Source: Bacteroidales bacterium | GTDB taxonomy: Bacteria > Bacteroidota > Bacteroidia > Bacteroidales > UBA3824 | Assembly (NCBI GenBank): GCA_017394445.1 | Contig: JAFPYT010000246.1 | Location: 1-53,815, forward strand | DNA length: 53,815 nt | Direction: 5' to 3' | Shown here: piece after piece, positions 49,822 to 53,815 of the stretch | Layout of the letters: every line of letters begins with the position of its first letter | Position numbering within the stretch: position 1 is the first letter of the stretch | Notes under the pieces: generated by a model | Seen by the model: only the letters and a program-made list of their open reading frames with translations | Database searches by the model: none | What the model was told of the DNA's origin: nothing | Position numbers and translations under genes: made by a program

Positions 49822-49832
49822 TAGGGAAGGAG

Positions 49833-52800
49833 TTAATTTCCCATTCTAATTCCAAATCCTGCCATATCTGCGCCTACCCACATTTTGGTGCGGCGGTAGG
49901 TGCCGGTGCGCTGGTCTTCGGTGTGAAGGGTGATATTGAGCGGAAGGTTGCGCAACTGTATTTCGCGAAATTTGATGTGCGTAGAGCCGGTGAAATGTCC
50001 GTTGGCATCGGTGGTGATGGCGGTGTGCTGTCCGCTTTTTTCTCCCAAGAATGGCTGAAATCCCGTTCCTTCGGAGTGGTTTTTGGCGGCGGCTATTACT
50101 CTGCCTATTAGAGGCACTCCTTCGGCTTTTTGTGTCATATAATCGGCAACGCGACTGGTGAATCCGCCTTTGTCTTTGATTCTTTGTTGGTCGGCAAGGG
50201 TGAGGTAGCCTGTGGTGGTGGTTTCACCGTTTGAGAGATTCCATTTTTTGTTGGTGCCGGTAAATACGTTGCCCTCGTTGGTGATAGATATGTCGCCATT
50301 GGATTCGCGGCGGAGACCAATTCTGCCGAGCGGACCAGCGTCGAATCCTACTTCGATCCAAGGTCTTTCTTTTTCGCCGTAGGTTTTGAGGTAATGGTCG
50401 CCTGTGCCGAGACCGTCGGAACCGCCTGCGCTCATTTGCTGAGGAGGTTGCGGAGGGTCGGGCGGAAGTTCGGCAAGTATTTCGTAGAGACTATCGCGTT
50501 CGCGGCGTGGACGTTCTACCCAAAGGTCCCAATTGTTTTGAATCATTTTGCCGTTTTCCCAAGCCTTGCGGTAATTATTGTCGAGCCACGATAGGTTGGC
50601 AGCGTGAAGAACGTCGTTTTCAAAATATTCCATTACTGCGTATTTGTCGCAATATGCTCCCATAGCAATTGTCTTTTGCCACCATTCTTCAAGTGTTGGT
50701 TTAATTTCGCGATTGTAACACTCTTTGTATTGGTGCATTATGTCGATGTAGTGACTTTGCACTTTTCCTCTTACATAGGTTTCGCCGGCATCCATTTTTT
50801 GTTGAGCGGCGTTTATTTGACAGCGTACTTGTCCACGTTCGGTTTTGGCTTTTTCTAAACATTTTGCCAGATCCTTGTCTATCTCTTCGAGACGCTTTTT
50901 GTGGTTGTTGAATGCAATTTCGAGGTTGTTTTCCAAGGCTTTAAACTTGCTATTCATAGCGGGATAAATGGCAGGATAGTTAACAGGATTGCCCTTGTCG
51001 GGGTCGTACCAAAAGCCTTCGTGGTATTGAAGCATTATTTCGTAGTAACATTCCCACATTTTTAAGCACCAAAACTGACGTGCGTCGGGGTAGTAGATTA
51101 CCTCGTTGTCGTTTGCCATTTGATTGCTAATTCGTTGGTACATATCGAGTTCTGGTAAATGCAGCGAAACGTTTTTCTCTGACAATTGGTTGATAATTCC
51201 TTCGGTGCGTTCAAGTTCTTTGTCAACGTTTTGCATACCCATCGATTCGTAGTAGAGTATTGCGTAACGGTCTTGATCCATCACCTCTTTGTTGCGTTCG
51301 TTGAGTTTGGTGAGGGCATTGGATACTTTGTGGTTTGATTTGCTTAGATACGATTCGTGAAGTTGCCAAATTTCAGCATTGTTGACGGGCCAAGAAAATT
51401 CTTTCATATTTTGGATAACGTCCTGACCATTAGATACTCCGCCTGCTTTGGTGGCTCGGGTAAGGCTTTCGAGGTTTTCTTTGGTAAACACCTTGTTAAC
51501 TACGTTCATATAGGGGTAGGAGGGGTTTTCTGCCACTTTGTACTGTTCTACCTTGATGTTGTAGATGAGCGAGAAAAACTGCATTGCCGTAATGTCGTTG
51601 AAAAAGGTCTCGGCACTTTTAAACAATGTTGTGGTGGCTTCGTAAAACTTGTTTTCTTTGATATTTACGCCAGTGAGTATTTGGTATGCCTCGCCAAAAT
51701 CGGGTTGAGTAGAAAGTGCGTTCTCGGCATATTTGCGAGCGTTGATCAAATCGCCTTTTTCGAGGTAATAGTTAGCCAAATTTACTTGAACAATAGCGTT
51801 TTGGTTGTCGATAGCGAGCGCCTGCATAAATAGGTCTTTGGCATTTTCTGTTTCGCCCTTGTAAGCCATCAAAATACCGGCGTTGTTGTAGTTGAGCGCC
51901 GTAGGATTCACCACGCACAATGCAAGCGAGTATTCAATAAGAGATCCATTTACAAGGTTGAATTGAATGGCAGTCATAATGTCGGACGAGGCTTGTGTCA
52001 TATACTTTTCGATTTGCTCTACCGACATATTGGCAAATTTCTGGTCGAGTGCTTGCAACTGTTGTTTTACCCCCTCCTCGGTAACCTCCATCGACGGATT
52101 GAACACGCCTTGTGTTTTTGGTTTTGAAAATTTTGACGCATACACAGGAGTGGTAAGATACTTGATGTCAGTGATTTGAATATTGCTATACGATGTTGGG
52201 TCTGCCAAATCGTTCGACGGCGACGGGTCGTTGTAAGGCTGGGCACATTTTGGCGGTTCAATGGCAGGAGTTGTGGGACGGTTTTGAGCCGCACCTCCGT
52301 TCATACGGCCGAGAGCCATATTTATCATATCGTCAACGGTCATTCCCGGGGGAAGGTCGTTAGGGTCGATTTCTTTGCGCATTTGCTCAATAATCTGCTG
52401 CTGCATATTGTTGGGCACGCCCCCTGCACCGCCTCCCGACGATTTCCATTCGGGCGATAGGCAGAGTATCATATTTTGCGGAATTTTTTTGTCTAACGTG
52501 CTGATATTCACCACTGGCATTTCTGGCGCACCAAAATCCACAGCGGCTATTTTGGTAGAATTGTAAAAAAAGCGCACCTTATTGCCTAAGGTTGAGCGGT
52601 ATTCGTCGAAATAGAAATCTTTGCCGTTGAGTTTGCAAGTGCCTTGCTTTTGAAACGTCAGCCTGCCGATATTAAAAGTTTGATTAGTTTGATTAATCAC
52701 TCGGTAGGTTTTGGCTTTGACATCGAGCATAAACGTGCCTTTGGCGGTATTGAGCGTAATGGCGTCGGCACTTTCGTTGAGAGTGCACGAAACGCCGTCT

Positions 52801-52997
52801 TTTACCGCGGTGGCAATCTGCATTTTGATGTCGGTATTTTGTTCGGGGTCGTGCACCTTGCCGTCGAAACGTATGAAGTAGTGCCCCGACGAGATGAGGT
52901 CGGCAGCGGGTTTTGACACGTAGGTGTTTTGAGCCAATGCGGCGAGTGGCATCAATAGCATTGCCGTAGCAATAATGTGGGTTGTTATTCTGTGCAT
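49833..52997 (-). CDS. large secreted TPR-containing hypothetical protein
   Basis: Signal peptide (ALA-QN), G/P/Q linker, TPR repeats (NNAG..AKDLF.QALAID; NLANYY..ALSTQPDFGEAY), helical region and beta-rich C-terminus. Confidence 0.75.
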   Translation of the reverse strand: MHRITTHIIATAMLLMPLAALAQNTYVSKPAADLISSGHYFIRFDGKVHDPEQNTDIKMQIATAVKDGVSCTLNESADAITLNTAKGTFMLDVKAKTYRVINQTNQTFNIGRLTFQKQGTCKLNGKDFYFDEYRSTLGNKVRFFYNSTKIAAVDFGAPEMPVVNISTLDKKIPQNMILCLSPEWKSSGGGAGGVPNNMQQQIIEQMRKEIDPNDLPPGMTVDDMINMALGRMNGGAAQNRPTTPAIEPPKCAQPYNDPSPSNDLADPTSYSNIQITDIKYLTTPVYASKFSKPKTQGVFNPSMEVTEEGVKQQLQALDQKFANMSVEQIEKYMTQASSDIMTAIQFNLVNGSLIEYSLALCVVNPTALNYNNAGILMAYKGETENAKDLFMQALAIDNQNAIVQVNLANYYLEKGDLINARKYAENALSTQPDFGEAYQILTGVNIKENKFYEATTTLFKSAETFFNDITAMQFFSLIYNIKVEQYKVAENPSYPYMNVVNKVFTKENLESLTRATKAGGVSNGQDVIQNMKEFSWPVNNAEIWQLHESYLSKSNHKVSNALTKLNERNKEVMDQDRYAILYYESMGMQNVDKELERTEGIINQLSEKNVSLHLPELDMYQRISNQMANDNEVIYYPDARQFWCLKMWECYYEIMLQYHEGFWYDPDKGNPVNYPAIYPAMNSKFKALENNLEIAFNNHKKRLEEIDKDLAKCLEKAKTERGQVRCQINAAQQKMDAGETYVRGKVQSHYIDIMHQYKECYNREIKPTLEEWWQKTIAMGAYCDKYAVMEYFENDVLHAANLSWLDNNYRKAWENGKMIQNNWDLWVERPRRERDSLYEILAELPPDPPQPPQQMSAGGSDGLGTGDHYLKTYGEKERPWIEVGFDAGPLGRIGLRRESNGDISITNEGNVFTGTNKKWNLSNGETTTTGYLTLADQQRIKDKGGFTSRVADYMTQKAEGVPLIGRVIAAAKNHSEGTGFQPFLGEKSGQHTAITTDANGHFTGSTHIKFREIQLRNLPLNITLHTEDQRTGTYRRTKMWVGADMAGFGIRMGN

Positions 52998-53010
52998 AGG
53001 GGTGGGTGTT

Positions 53011-53322
53011 TTAAAATACTGCTGCTATTTTCTTGATTTGGTTGAGTTTGTCGATAAAATTCTTATCCTGACGTGCTGTCTGCATATTATATTTGGTCTG
53101 CATCTGCATTAGCGAATCGGCGGGAATGTCAAGCGCAGCCTCTAACATAAGTGCAATTTCTGCCGTCAGAGGCTTTTTGGCAGACAGAATATCTTGAAAA
53201 GATTCTGTCTGAACTCCAATATAAGACGCCAATTTTTCAGGTTTAATATGTCTGTACTCAATTTCTTCTGTCAAAATCTCTCCCGGATGAGTGGGGTAGA
53301 ATCCATAACCTAAGTTGCTCAT
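53011..53322 (-). CDS. higA: HigA family antitoxin (HTH)
   Basis: PTHPGEILTEEIE...PLTAEIALMLEAAL.IPAD..M.MQ..Y. Confidence 0.9.
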   Translation of the reverse strand: MSNLGYGFYPTHPGEILTEEIEYRHIKPEKLASYIGVQTESFQDILSAKKPLTAEIALMLEAALDIPADSLMQMQTKYNMQTARQDKNFIDKLNQIKKIAAVF

Positions 53323-53329
53323 AATTAGT

Positions 53330-53647
53330 TTATTTATAATGGTTTGACAATTCAATAATGCTGCATATTACAATTCTTGTTTCTTTTTCGGAAGGATATG
53401 TTCTGAATTCAATACGATATTTGTCGTTTATCCTTACCGATTCTGTTCCTTCCTTGTCGCCAAGGAGTTTTTCGTAGTTCAATGCGCGGTATTTGTAAAG
53501 GTCATCGGGTTTTTGAATGCTTTCAAGTAAGTTCACAGTGTTGATGTATTTTTTTACTATCTGTGGTTGAAAACGATGCTTTTTGTCTCCCGAATCACCT
53601 TTATAGTATAATTGGCTTAAATACTCCTTCTCAAAAACAATTTCCAT
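53330..53647 (-). CDS. higB: HigB family toxin
   Basis: ALNYEKLLGD..G.ESVRINDKYRIEF...IIELSNHY; toxin-first gene order. Confidence 0.9.
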   Translation of the reverse strand: MEIVFEKEYLSQLYYKGDSGDKKHRFQPQIVKKYINTVNLLESIQKPDDLYKYRALNYEKLLGDKEGTESVRINDKYRIEFRTYPSEKETRIVICSIIELSNHYK

Positions 53648-53666
53648 ACAATATCAGATTATTTTG

Positions 53667-53674
53667 CAAATATA
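53667..53674 (-). promoter_or_regulatory. sigma-A -7 element of higBA
   Basis: TATATTTG on the minus strand about 20 bp upstream of the ATG. Confidence 0.6.
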
Positions 53675-53716
53675 CCCTTAATTCCGCAACACTTTGATTT
53701 AACTTTATTTATAAGT

Positions 53717-53743
53717 TCCTGAGCAACAAAAAGTTGCTCAGGA
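53717..53743. repeat. perfect inverted repeat upstream of higBA
   Basis: TCCTGAGCAAC-AAAAA-GTTGCTCAGGA. Confidence 0.8.
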
Positions 53744-53815
53744 TTTTGCCATGTCAGATTTTTCACTTATCTTAGTGTTGCAAATCAAAACAAGCGTAAA
53801 TCGTAACAAGACATG

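Noticed and set aside
1-53815. CRISPR array, tRNA, rRNA, IS element or prophage
   Set aside because: I saw no regularly spaced repeats, cloverleaf or rRNA signatures, transposases or phage structural genes.

Overview
Chromosomal window from a Bacteroidota bacterium, probably Bacteroidales. The evidence is sprA, DUF4271-hemD-rnpA, and many TAnnTTTG/TTTG promoters. About 1-33.5 kb is largely intact core genome: envC-like M23, DUF4175, RsbW-like kinase, ybeY, mnmG, uvrC, siaC-like, S41 protease, recO, ttcA-like, mqnC, a RelE-type TA pair, LD-carboxypeptidase, ruvA, sprA, hemD, rnpA and a PorE-like OmpA protein. It carries about 7 parS-like palindromes around mnmG, which suggests origin proximity. 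About 33.6-53.8 kb is an accessory, defence-rich and partly decayed segment. It holds two ORF6N/PLD-like paralogs, blaI with an M56-TonB gene (nonsense codon), a deleted STAND-WD40 gene, a SauUSI-like PLD-helicase-DUF3427 gene (frameshift plus nonsense), frameshifted lipoprotein and SpoIIE genes, RloA/RloB (AbiL-like), a large TPR protein and higBA. The most striking signal is in the two ORF6N genes. Each has a perfect 27-31 bp palindrome at the same position with the shared core GGTCRCAAWTTGYGACC. The core shows a compensatory base-pair change and is translated in different reading frames, so it appears conserved as nucleic acid rather than as protein. All product calls come from motif recognition by eye; no database search was run.
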